64,000 nt of DNA from a bacterium (GCA_043779265.1 JAYWEM010000001.1:1-64000), one strand, 5' to 3'; positions 48,613 to 56,806 are shown, counted from the first letter of the stretch. Translations and numbers: made by a program. The notes: generated by a model not told the origin, from the sequence alone.

Positions 48613-50276
48613 GAGCGCGGCATCTTCTCGCGAGCTTGTCGATAACGGCGCTCACGATGGGCCCGGTCGCCTTCTCGCAAGCGGCCACCATCGTCATCAT
48701 CAACAATGACGGTGCCGGAGAGGGGTTCAACGATCCGACGCCTGTTGCACCCATCGGCGGCAATTCCGGGACCACGCTGGGGCAGCAGCGGCTCAATCTG
48801 TTCAACCATGCGGCGAGCCTGTGGGGCGCCATGCTCGACAGTCCGGTCACGATCCAGGTGCGGGCGCAGATGAATCCACAGACCTGCACGCCGACCAGTG
48901 CCGTACTCGGGAGCGCGGGGCCGGTCACGGTCCACGCCAGCTTCCCAGGCGCGATCGTCACCGGGGCCTGGTACCACCAGGCGCTCGCGAACAAGCTCAC
49001 GGGATCGGACCTGGATGGTGTGAATCCCGACATCAACACGACGTTCAACTCGGATGTCGACAACCCCACGTGCCTGGGGACCCGCAACTGGTATTACGGG
49101 TTCGATCACAACGAGGGCATCCACATCGACTTCCTGCCCGTGTTGATGCACGAGCTGGGACACGGTCTCGGCTTCAGCACGACGACCAGCAGCTCGACGG
49201 GCAACTTCATCTCCGGACTGCCCGCGATCTGGGACCATTACCTGATGGACAAGACCTCGGGACTGTTGTGGAAGGACATGTCCGCGGTGCAGCGCCAGGC
49301 CTCCGCGATCAACACCGGCAACCTGGTGTGGACGGGGCCGGCGGTGCGCTTCAAGGCCCCGCTCGTGCTCGTACGTGCGGCGCAGTTGTCGGTGTCCGCA
49401 CCGGGCGGGATCGCCGGAACCTATGAGGCCGGGCTCGCCAGCTTCGGTGCGGCGCTGACCGACGCGGGGCTTTCGGGTCAGGTCGTGCTCGTGGACGATG
49501 GCTTGGTGCCGACCGGCGAGGGCTGCGAGTCGCCGTTCGTCAATGCCGGTGCCGTCGCCGGCAACATCGCGCTGATCGACCGCGGCACGTGCGCTTTCAC
49601 GCTCAAGGTGCTCAATGCCCAGAATGCTGGCGCGATCGGTGTGATCATCGCCAACAACACGTCGGGCGCTGCAGCGCCGACGGGTACCGACCCCGCGATC
49701 ACGATCCCCGTGCTCGGCATCTCGCAGGCCGACGGCAACCTGCTCAAGGCGAATCTCGGCGCCGGCGTGCAGGCCACGCTGCGGCTCCACCCGAGCCAGC
49801 GTGCGGGAACGCACCCGGATGGTGAGATGCGCATGTTCTCGCCCAACCCGGTGCAGAGCGGCTCGAGTGTGTCGCACTTCGATGTGACCTCGACACCGAA
49901 CCTGCTCATGGAGCCCTCGATCAACGCCGATCTGACGGCCGCGATCGACCTGACCCGCGAGCTGTTCGAGGACATCGGCTGGTATCCGGCCACGACGGGT
50001 GTGCCCACGACGGCACCGGGCACGATCGCGCTGGCGGCGGGCCCCAACCCGGCCGGCCGCGACGTCACGGTCCGATTCGCACTCGATCGCGATGCGACCG
50101 TGGAGGTCAGCGTGCTGGACGTGGCGGGGCGCGAGGTCGCGAAGTTGCACCGCGGTCGCCTCGGTGCCGGCCCGCATGTGATGGCGTGGGATGCGCGGGT
50201 CGCCCCCGGCGTCTACCGCGTCCGCCTGCGTGCGGATCGGGCGGTCAGCACGCGCAGCATCGTCCGAGTCGACTGA
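48609..50276 (+). CDS. Secreted Zn-metallopeptidase with PA domain and C-terminal FlgD-Ig/T9SS-like domain
   Basis: Signal peptide; GEGFNDPTP..P.GGN.GTTLG, HELGHGLGF, IALIDRGTC.F..KV.NAQ.AGA, SSVSHFD; GPNP...LDVAGREV...PGVY. Confidence 0.88.
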   Translation: MRARHLLASLSITALTMGPVAFSQAATIVIINNDGAGEGFNDPTPVAPIGGNSGTTLGQQRLNLFNHAASLWGAMLDSPVTIQVRAQMNPQTCTPTSAVLGSAGPVTVHASFPGAIVTGAWYHQALANKLTGSDLDGVNPDINTTFNSDVDNPTCLGTRNWYYGFDHNEGIHIDFLPVLMHELGHGLGFSTTTSSSTGNFISGLPAIWDHYLMDKTSGLLWKDMSAVQRQASAINTGNLVWTGPAVRFKAPLVLVRAAQLSVSAPGGIAGTYEAGLASFGAALTDAGLSGQVVLVDDGLVPTGEGCESPFVNAGAVAGNIALIDRGTCAFTLKVLNAQNAGAIGVIIANNTSGAAAPTGTDPAITIPVLGISQADGNLLKANLGAGVQATLRLHPSQRAGTHPDGEMRMFSPNPVQSGSSVSHFDVTSTPNLLMEPSINADLTAAIDLTRELFEDIGWYPATTGVPTTAPGTIALAAGPNPAGRDVTVRFALDRDATVEVSVLDVAGREVAKLHRGRLGAGPHVMAWDARVAPGVYRVRLRADRAVSTRSIVRVD

Positions 50277-50292
50277 CCCGAGGCGCGGAGAC

Positions 50293-50333
50293 GACCGAGG
50301 CCCCGCAGCGCTCAGCGCCGCGGGGCCTCGGTC
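50293..50333. terminator. Hairpin between convergent genes
   Basis: GACCGAGGCCCCGC/GCGGGGCCTCGGTC 14-bp stem. Confidence 0.6.
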
Positions 50334-50348
50334 ATGATGGAATCGGCG

Positions 50349-50762
50349 TCAACCGTCGGTGCCGGTCGCAGCCTCGGGGGGCGCATCGGCCGCCGGGCGC
50401 GCGGCGTTCATCAGTTCCTGGATCTTGCGGGTCAGGATGTCGGGCGTGAACGGCTTGACCACGAAGCCGCTGACGCCGGCGCGCGTCGCCTCGGACATGT
50501 CGTCCTTGATGTGGCGGGCGGTGACGAGCAGGACGGGGATGTGGACCAGGGCCGGATCCTGGCGGATCTTGCGGACCAGATCGACGCCGGACATGCCCGG
50601 CATGTTCCAGTCGGTCATGATCAACGCGAGATCCGCAGTGCATTGGGTGATCGCGGCTTCGGCGTCGGCAGCCTCGAGCACGGTCTCGAACCCCATCTGC
50701 TTGAGACTGTTGACGAGGATGCGCCTCGTCAGCGACGAGTCATCCACGACCAGGCACTTCAT
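50349..50762 (-). CDS. cheY: CheY-like single-domain response regulator
   Basis: LVVDDS, TDWNMPGMSG, VT, VVKPF; in flagellar locus. Confidence 0.8.
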   Translation of the reverse strand: MKCLVVDDSSLTRRILVNSLKQMGFETVLEAADAEAAITQCTADLALIMTDWNMPGMSGVDLVRKIRQDPALVHIPVLLVTARHIKDDMSEATRAGVSGFVVKPFTPDILTRKIQELMNAARPAADAPPEAATGTDG

Positions 50763-50790
50763 CGCGCCATCCCCCTCGATCGAACCGGAC

Positions 50791-51099
50791 TCAGATGTCG
50801 CTCGCGATGCGGAGGAGCACTTCGTCGATGACTTCGGGCTTGTCGTAGTCGCCTCGGGCGATCCGCTCGGAGATGCCGTGGAGACGTCCCTCGTCCAACT
50901 CGCCGTGCGGAATGCTCTCGGGTCCCGCGTGCGTCTGCAGCAGACGAGCGGGGGTCGAGATCTGCACCTCGTCGTTGCGAGTCGGGGCTCCGCTGGCGCC
51001 TGCGGTGCGCTCCGGCTTGGAGCCGGTGCGCGTGGGAACGTCCTCGCGCGTGCGGTCGATGCGCGAGGAAGGTCCGGGCGTAGTGGGTCGGATGGTCAT
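50791..51099 (-). CDS. flgM: Flagellar anti-sigma28 factor
   Basis: 102 aa; DEVQIS..AR and RL..ISERIARGDY motifs; own sigma28-like promoter. Confidence 0.75.
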   Translation of the reverse strand: MTIRPTTPGPSSRIDRTREDVPTRTGSKPERTAGASGAPTRNDEVQISTPARLLQTHAGPESIPHGELDEGRLHGISERIARGDYDKPEVIDEVLLRIASDI

Positions 51100-51191
51100 G
51101 ATCCCCTCGTTGCGTGGTCCCGGCTGGAGGGCGGAGCGCCACTCGGTTCGCCGGATGCCGTGGGGGACGAATCCCCCTCGGCTCGCTTCCA

Positions 51192-51219
51192 GTATCGGAA
51201 GGTCCTTGCGCCGACTTGA
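51192..51219 (-). promoter_or_regulatory. sigma28-like promoter of flgM-cheY
   Basis: Minus strand TCAAG-N15-TCCGATAC. Confidence 0.7.
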
Positions 51220-51253
51220 GTGTGTCCCTTGCAGAATGCGCTCCGGCGGGGGC

Positions 51254-51658
51254 TCACGCGGCCGCTTCCGAGCTCGCCGGCTCGGAGCTGCGCGTGGACA
51301 GCCCGTCGGCGAGCTGGCGATTGATGCCGACCAGGGCCTGGATCCCCTCGCGATTCGGCTCGGACAACAACGCGAACGTCCGCCGGTCGACGAATCGCGA
51401 GAGCTGCAGCAGATTGACGCGCAAGGAGCGGGGCAGCGAGCACTCGGGCGATACCCACTCGCCCTGGAAGAACGTCCACAGGCGCTGATTGTGCCGCAGC
51501 GCCTGGGATAACTGCTCCTCGCAGCCGGGCTCACCCCAGATGCGCTGGCAGTCCTCCAACTGGCGCGCCGCCCGGCTCAGGGCAGCCGCTTCGAGTTCCC
51601 TCCCGGACGAAGCCGTGCGGGACCCGGAGTCATACGCGCGGCGTGGGCCGTTGAACAT
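51254..51658 (-). CDS. flaF: Flagellar biosynthesis regulator/flagellin chaperone FlaF
   Basis: RELEAAALSRAA, AL.HNQRLWT, LP.SLR.NL..L..FV, L..INR.LA.GL. Confidence 0.88.
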   Translation of the reverse strand: MFNGPRRAYDSGSRTASSGRELEAAALSRAARQLEDCQRIWGEPGCEEQLSQALRHNQRLWTFFQGEWVSPECSLPRSLRVNLLQLSRFVDRRTFALLSEPNREGIQALVGINRQLADGLSTRSSEPASSEAAA

Positions 51659-52037
51659 GCTCGAGAAGCTCCTTCTCGTGGGCCATCAGGTCGCGGCCCA
51701 GTTTGAGCGCGTGGTAGTAGCGTCCCTCTTCGACGCACTTGTCGATCGGTTCGAGGTATCGGCGAGAGCTGGGGCTGGCATCCAGCACATCTTCGACCAA
51801 CAGCCGGTAGCTGCGCTCGTGGGACTCGCGCCGCTGCGGGTCGACGTACATCAACTGGATGGAGAGCACGATGTGCTCGCACGGGCTCTGCACCGCCGCA
51901 GGACTGAGGATGTCACTCCCGCGCAGCACCGGGACCTCGGTCTCCACGAAGAGCTCGGCCCGGTTGCGACCGTTGGTGAGGACCGCACCGCCGATGATCG
52001 CGCGTTCCTGCGGTTTGAGTGTGAGACGGAGCGCCAT
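51630..52037 (-). CDS. flbT: Flagellar biosynthesis repressor FlbT
   Basis: MALRLTLKP.ER.IIGGAVL.NG, SPC..I...IQLMY, G.YY.ALK..R.L...E. Confidence 0.9.
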   Translation of the reverse strand: MALRLTLKPQERAIIGGAVLTNGRNRAELFVETEVPVLRGSDILSPAAVQSPCEHIVLSIQLMYVDPQRRESHERSYRLLVEDVLDASPSSRRYLEPIDKCVEEGRYYHALKLGRDLMAHEKELLEHVQRPTPRV

Positions 52038-52101
52038 GGGGTTCCTGTCGTCAGACGTCGGTGTCTTTGTCCCGGATGCGTCATGCATCCTTCGGCGGGC
52101 A

Positions 52102-52139
52102 CCGGTGGCGGGGGAGGCTTCTGGTCCCCCGTTCACCGG
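52102..52139. terminator. Hairpin downstream of flagellin
   Basis: CCGGTG-GCGGGGGA...TCCCCCGT-T-CACCGG imperfect inverted repeat. Confidence 0.45.
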
Positions 52140-52218
52140 CCCGCGTTTTCTTACGTTTCAAGGCCAGCCTGCGCCGGAGTCGGTTCCGCCGATCCGGACG
52201 CCTGCGGGCCCGCCTCGG

Positions 52219-53034
52219 CTAGAAAAGCCGGAGAACGGACTGCTGCGCCTGCGATGAGAGCTGCAGAGCGACGACGCCAAGCTGCTGACGCGTCTGCAGG
52301 GCGAGCATGTTCGCACCCTCTTCGTTCGAGTCCGCCGCCGTGAGCATGTCCGCGCCCTCGGTCAGCGTGTTGATCATCTCGGTGGTGAACTCCTGACGCG
52401 TGGTCACGACGCCGTTGCTGGACGACAGCGTCTTGGCCTGTGTACGGAGCTCGGTCAGTGCGGCGTCGAGGTCCGAGACGGCACCGTCGACATCCGCGTC
52501 CGCAGCCCAGGAGTTGGCAGCTGCGTCGATCGCCAGATCGCCGGCGACCGTGGCATCGAAGCCCGAGATCGTCAGCGCCGAGGATCCGTCCTCGTTGAAC
52601 TCCACCGTCAGGTCGTCGCCGTCCAGGAAGTTCGTGCCCTTGTAGCCGGAGTCGGTCGCAAGGTTGTCGATCTGGGTGCGCAGCGCGTCGAACTGGGTCG
52701 CGAGCGTCGCACGGTCGGCAGTCGACGCCGAACGGGCGGAAGCTGCGAGACCCTTCATCTGCTCGACGATCTTGGTGATCGCCTCGATACCCTTGAGCGA
52801 CGCCTTCACCGTCTGGATCGCCTCACCCATCGTGTCCTTGCGGGCCGCGAGGTCCTGGGCACGGTTGGTGTGGTTCTGGGCGGCGAAGTAGGCCGCCGCG
52901 TCATCGACGGCGGAGTTGACGCGCTTGCCGGTGGCCAGACGCGTCGTCGTGCGGCCCTGCAGGGCTGCCGTCATCTGCAGCTGGATCAGGTTGCCACGCA
53001 TTCCGCCCGACAGGTTGATGTCATTGATCGCCAT
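52219..53034 (-). CDS. fliC: Flagellin (short, alphaproteobacterial-type), copy 1
   Basis: RLATGKRVNSAVDD N-domain; AD.NEEGANMLALQTRQQL...SVLRLF C-domain; 271 aa. Confidence 0.93.
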   Translation of the reverse strand: MAINDINLSGGMRGNLIQLQMTAALQGRTTTRLATGKRVNSAVDDAAAYFAAQNHTNRAQDLAARKDTMGEAIQTVKASLKGIEAITKIVEQMKGLAASARSASTADRATLATQFDALRTQIDNLATDSGYKGTNFLDGDDLTVEFNEDGSSALTISGFDATVAGDLAIDAAANSWAADADVDGAVSDLDAALTELRTQAKTLSSSNGVVTTRQEFTTEMINTLTEGADMLTAADSNEEGANMLALQTRQQLGVVALQLSSQAQQSVLRLF

Positions 53035-53117
53035 GGTGAAACGGTCCCCTTCTCGGGATCTGGAGGTTGTCATCCCGGCTTCTGCCTGGCGGTCGACGCT
53101 TCGGCCGACAGACAGGA

Positions 53118-53144
53118 GTCTCGGCTGACCATTCCCCGGCTTGA
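53118..53144 (-). promoter_or_regulatory. sigma28-like promoter of flagellin copy 1
   Basis: Minus strand TCAAG-N14-GCCGAGAC. Confidence 0.7.
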
Positions 53145-53340
53145 GACCACGCCAAGCGAGATTCGCTGGCCTGGGTGCGATGCCCCACGCTTCGGCGGCC
53201 GAGTCGGGAGCGGATCGGGACGACAACAGACCAGCGGGCGGGTGCATGCCGCACCCGGCCCGCTGGCCGTGACCTCCGTGTCGCTCCGATGGCGGCGGGC
53301 GGATCCTCCGCCCTCGTCGCCTCCGGTTCCCGGTGTTCGA

Positions 53341-54156
53341 CTAGAAGAGTCGGAGCACCGACTGCTGCGCCTGCGAGGAGAGCTGCAGGGCGACGACGCC
53401 GAGCTGCTGACGCGTCTGCAGGGCGAGCATGTTGGCGCCCTCCTCGTTCGAATCCGCCGCCGTGAGCATGTCGGCGCCCTCGGTCAACGTGTTGATCATC
53501 TCGGTCGTGAACTCCTGCCGTGTCGTCACGACGCCATTGCTCGAGGAGAGCGTCTTGGCCTGCGTGCGCAGCTCGGTCAAAGCGGCATCCATCTCACCGA
53601 TGGCGACGTCGACATCGGTGTCCGCCACCCATGCGTTGGCGGCTCCGGCGATGGCGAGATCGCCGCCGACCGTGGCATCGAAGCCCGAGATCGTCAGCGC
53701 CGAGGTTCCATCCTCGTTGAACTCCACCGTCAGAGTGTCCGCGCTCAGGAAGTTCGTGCCCTTGTAACCGGAATCGGCCGCCAGGTTGTCGATCTGCTCG
53801 CGCAGCGCATCGAACTGGGTCGCCAGCGTGGCGCGGTCGTTCGCGGTGGCCGAGCGTGCGGAGGCCGCGAGGCCCTTCATCTGCTCGATCAGGCGCGAGA
53901 TGCCCTCGATGCCCTTGAGCGAGGCCTTCACGGTCTGGATCGCCTCGCCCATCGAGTCCTTGCGGGCGGCCAGATCACTGGCGCGGTTCTGGTGGTTCTG
54001 GGCGGCGAAGTACGCCGACGCATCGTCCACCGCGGAGTTCACGCGCTTGCCCGTCGCGAGGCGGGTCGTGGTGCGGCCCTGCAGTGCGGCCACCATCTGC
54101 AGCTGGATCAGGTTGCCACGCATGCCGCCGGACAGGGTGATGTCGTTGATCGCCAT
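53341..54156 (-). CDS. fliC: Flagellin (short, alphaproteobacterial-type), copy 2
   Basis: Same motifs and same length (271 aa) as copy 1. Confidence 0.93.
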   Translation of the reverse strand: MAINDITLSGGMRGNLIQLQMVAALQGRTTTRLATGKRVNSAVDDASAYFAAQNHQNRASDLAARKDSMGEAIQTVKASLKGIEGISRLIEQMKGLAASARSATANDRATLATQFDALREQIDNLAADSGYKGTNFLSADTLTVEFNEDGTSALTISGFDATVGGDLAIAGAANAWVADTDVDVAIGEMDAALTELRTQAKTLSSSNGVVTTRQEFTTEMINTLTEGADMLTAADSNEEGANMLALQTRQQLGVVALQLSSQAQQSVLRLF

Positions 54157-54233
54157 GACTCGAACTCCCTTCTGGAGTGCTGTTCTCGCCCTCGGCATTC
54201 TGCCGGGGCGCGTGTTTCACACGCTGGGCCCTA

Positions 54234-54260
54234 CTCTCGGCAGAGTGGGGCCGGGCTGAA
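54234..54260 (-). promoter_or_regulatory. sigma28-like promoter of flagellin copy 2
   Basis: Minus strand TTCAG-N14-GCCGAGAG (degenerate -35). Confidence 0.55.
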
Positions 54261-54387
54261 GGGGGGGATGTGCTGGATCGCGCGATGGCTCGTGCGGATC
54301 GCGGACGGCACCCGCAAATGGCGGCAAGTGCGTCGTGCGGCTCGGCGCGATGCATGGCGCTGAGCGGGACGAGCAGGGATAGGCGAA

Positions 54388-54418
54388 GCGCCGCGACCCC
54401 TTTCGGGAGCCGCGGCGC
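54388..54418 (-). terminator. Probable terminator after flgL
   Basis: GCGCCGCG/CGCGGCGC stem. Confidence 0.55.
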
Positions 54419-54441
54419 CTGATGCCTGCCTCAGCCGTGGA

Positions 54442-55308
54442 TCAGCGCAGGTATTCGGTCAGTGTCGCCTGCATGACACGACCGATGGTGGCATAGGCTC
54501 GCTCGAGCGCCGCCTGCTCCTGCTGCAGGCGCACGATGGCCTCCGCCGGATCGACGCTCACCAAGGCGTCCCGCCGCTCGAGCAGGAAGGACTGGATGCG
54601 GGCCAACCGAAGTCCACCATCCTGGATCTCCTTCAGGCGCGAGCCGGTCTCGGCCTGTGCCCGCATCACGGTCTGGGTCGAACTCTCGAGGTCGACCGAG
54701 ACAGTTCGGATGTCCGCCTGAGTGCCGCTCTGGAGCGCGGTGATCAGGTCGTCCATCGCCGCCATCGCACCGCCGAACAGGGCGCCGCCCTCGTGGTTGA
54801 CCGTCACGCCGACGCCATCGCCCACGGTGACGCTGCGCGAGGCGCTGTCCCCGACGTACGTTCCGTCCGCCCGGAAGGGCGGCGTGGTCGTCTGCGCCCC
54901 TCCGAAGAGGTACTCGTTCCCGACCCGGGTGTTGCCGAGCGAGACCAGTTGGGCCTTGAGTTGTTGGACGGCCGAGAGCGCCGCCAATCGCTGCGGGTCG
55001 GTGGGGTCGTTGCCGGTCGTCGTCGCCGCCAGATTCTTGGCTTCCCGGAGGGCGGCGAGGACACTGGAGAGCGAGATGTCCTCGGCCGATAACCGCGTCG
55101 TCGCGAAAGTTCCGTTGCGGCGGTATTGTTCGATGTCCCGGGCCTGTGCCTCCAGGCGCATCATCTGGGAAGCGTCGATCGGATCGTCGGAGATCGAACG
55201 GACTCGGCGTCCTGTTGCAGCTTCGGAAGCAGCACGTTCCAGCGCTTGAAGCCGGCCGCGAAGGCCGGAGGTCAGACTGCGCTGGATCATCTGATTGGTG
55301 ATCCGCAT
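54442..55308 (-). CDS. flgL: Flagellar hook-associated protein 3
   Basis: MRITNQM, ATGRRV..ISDDP, GN....EYLFGG..T...PF, VD.AEA...L......LE.AY. Confidence 0.88.
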   Translation of the reverse strand: MRITNQMIQRSLTSGLRGRLQALERAASEAATGRRVRSISDDPIDASQMMRLEAQARDIEQYRRNGTFATTRLSAEDISLSSVLAALREAKNLAATTTGNDPTDPQRLAALSAVQQLKAQLVSLGNTRVGNEYLFGGAQTTTPPFRADGTYVGDSASRSVTVGDGVGVTVNHEGGALFGGAMAAMDDLITALQSGTQADIRTVSVDLESSTQTVMRAQAETGSRLKEIQDGGLRLARIQSFLLERRDALVSVDPAEAIVRLQQEQAALERAYATIGRVMQATLTEYLR

Positions 55309-55340
55309 GGAACCCCCTCGTCGGTGCGGGTCTGAGAGCA

Positions 55341-55368
55341 GTATCGGAAACGCATGGAAGCGGCTTGA
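55341..55368 (-). promoter_or_regulatory. sigma28-like promoter of flgL
   Basis: Minus strand TCAAG-N15-TCCGATAC. Confidence 0.7.
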
Positions 55369-55444
55369 GCTTCGACTGCCCGACCGGGCGGCGAGCTCGG
55401 GCTTCACGGTCCCTCCCCGCTCGCGGGAGGTCCGACGAGGGGAC

Positions 55445-56806
55445 ATGTCCAACATCCTGTGCATTGACGACGAACCATCGGTCGGCGTGGTGCTGGAACA
55501 CCACCTGGCTGAGATCGGGCACACGCCGGTTCTCGCCACTTCAGTCGCCGAGGCCCTAGAAGCGCTCGCGCGGCAGTCCTTCGACCTCATCATCTCGGAC
55601 TACCGCATGCCGCAGGCGAGTGGACTCGACCTGCTCGAGACGCTCCGCCAGCAGGGCATCGATGTTCCGGTGATCATCATGACGGGCTATTCCAGCGTCG
55701 AGCACGCCGTGCTCTCGATGCGCCATGGGGCGGTGGACTACCTCACCAAGCCGCTGCGCCAGGAGGCCGTGCGACTGGCGGTCAAGAACGCCATCGAGAT
55801 GGCCCGGCTCAAGCGCGAGAACGACCAGTTCCGCCGTGAGATCGTCTCCCTGCGCGGGCGGCGCACGATCGTCGGGAGCTCCGCCGCGCTGCGATCGGTC
55901 CTCGACATGGTCGCCGCGGTCGCGCCGACTCGAGCCGCCGTCCTTCTGGAAGGCGAGTCGGGGACGGGCAAGGAGTTGATCGCCCGAGCCGTGCACGAGC
56001 AGAGCCCGCGCCGCGAACAGCCGTTCGTCACGGTCAACTGCGCCGCGCTTCCCGAGGGCCTGGTCGAGAGCACGCTGTTCGGCCACGAGCGAGGAGCGTT
56101 CACGGGCGCGACCCAGCGTCAGGCGGGCGCGTTCGAGCGAGCGCATCGCGGCACGCTGCTTCTGGACGAAGTCTCCGAGATGCGCCTCGATCTGCAGGCG
56201 AAACTGCTGCGGGCGCTCCAGGAGCAGGAGTTCGAGCGCGTCGGCGGGGGCACCACCGTCCGAGTGGATGTCCGTGTCGTGGCCACCACCAACCGCGACC
56301 TCGCTGCCGAGGTCGCCGCCGGACGTTTCCGCCAGGACCTCTACTATCGGTTGAATGTGATGCCGATCCGGACGCCGCCGCTGCGCGATCGTCCCGAGGA
56401 CCTGCCGGTGCTGGTGCAGCATTTCGTCGAGACGTTCTCCGCCGAACTGGGAGTGAAGGCCCCGGTGGTGCCCGACGCGACGATGAAGTCGATCTCGGAA
56501 CGGAAGTGGCCGGGCAACGTGCGCGAGCTGGCCAATGCCATCGAGCGCGCGATCATCCTCTCGCGCGGAGGCCCGCTCGTCCCCTCGCTGGTCGGCGTGA
56601 TGACGGCGATGCGCCCGGAGCCCACCGTGACCGCCGCGTCGCCGGCGGCCCTCCCAGCCCTGGATCTCGGCGAACTCGAGCGCATCGCCATCGAACAGGC
56701 CCTCGCCCATACCGGTGGCCACCGTACCCGAGCGGCCGAACTGCTCGGCATCAGCGAGCGGACCCTGCGCAACAAGCTGAACGCGCCTCCGGCCGCCGTC
56801 GCCTGA
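55445..56806 (+). CDS. sigma54-dependent response regulator (REC-AAA+-Fis HTH), probable flagellar activator
   Basis: IDDE, SDYRMP, GESGTGKE, GAFTGA, DLYYRL, WPGNVREL, AAELLGISERTL. Confidence 0.93.
   Translation: MSNILCIDDEPSVGVVLEHHLAEIGHTPVLATSVAEALEALARQSFDLIISDYRMPQASGLDLLETLRQQGIDVPVIIMTGYSSVEHAVLSMRHGAVDYLTKPLRQEAVRLAVKNAIEMARLKRENDQFRREIVSLRGRRTIVGSSAALRSVLDMVAAVAPTRAAVLLEGESGTGKELIARAVHEQSPRREQPFVTVNCAALPEGLVESTLFGHERGAFTGATQRQAGAFERAHRGTLLLDEVSEMRLDLQAKLLRALQEQEFERVGGGTTVRVDVRVVATTNRDLAAEVAAGRFRQDLYYRLNVMPIRTPPLRDRPEDLPVLVQHFVETFSAELGVKAPVVPDATMKSISERKWPGNVRELANAIERAIILSRGGPLVPSLVGVMTAMRPEPTVTAASPAALPALDLGELERIAIEQALAHTGGHRTRAAELLGISERTLRNKLNAPPAAVA

Noticed and set aside
52158..52195. 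TCAAG...GCCGAT on the plus strand near flbT
   Set aside because: The spacer is 25 nt and orientation is opposite to the genes; not counted as a sigma28 promoter
52219..54156. Flagellin duplicates as a DGR template/variable repeat or assembly error
   Set aside because: Both copies are intact ORFs with mostly synonymous differences, and there is no reverse transcriptase in the window
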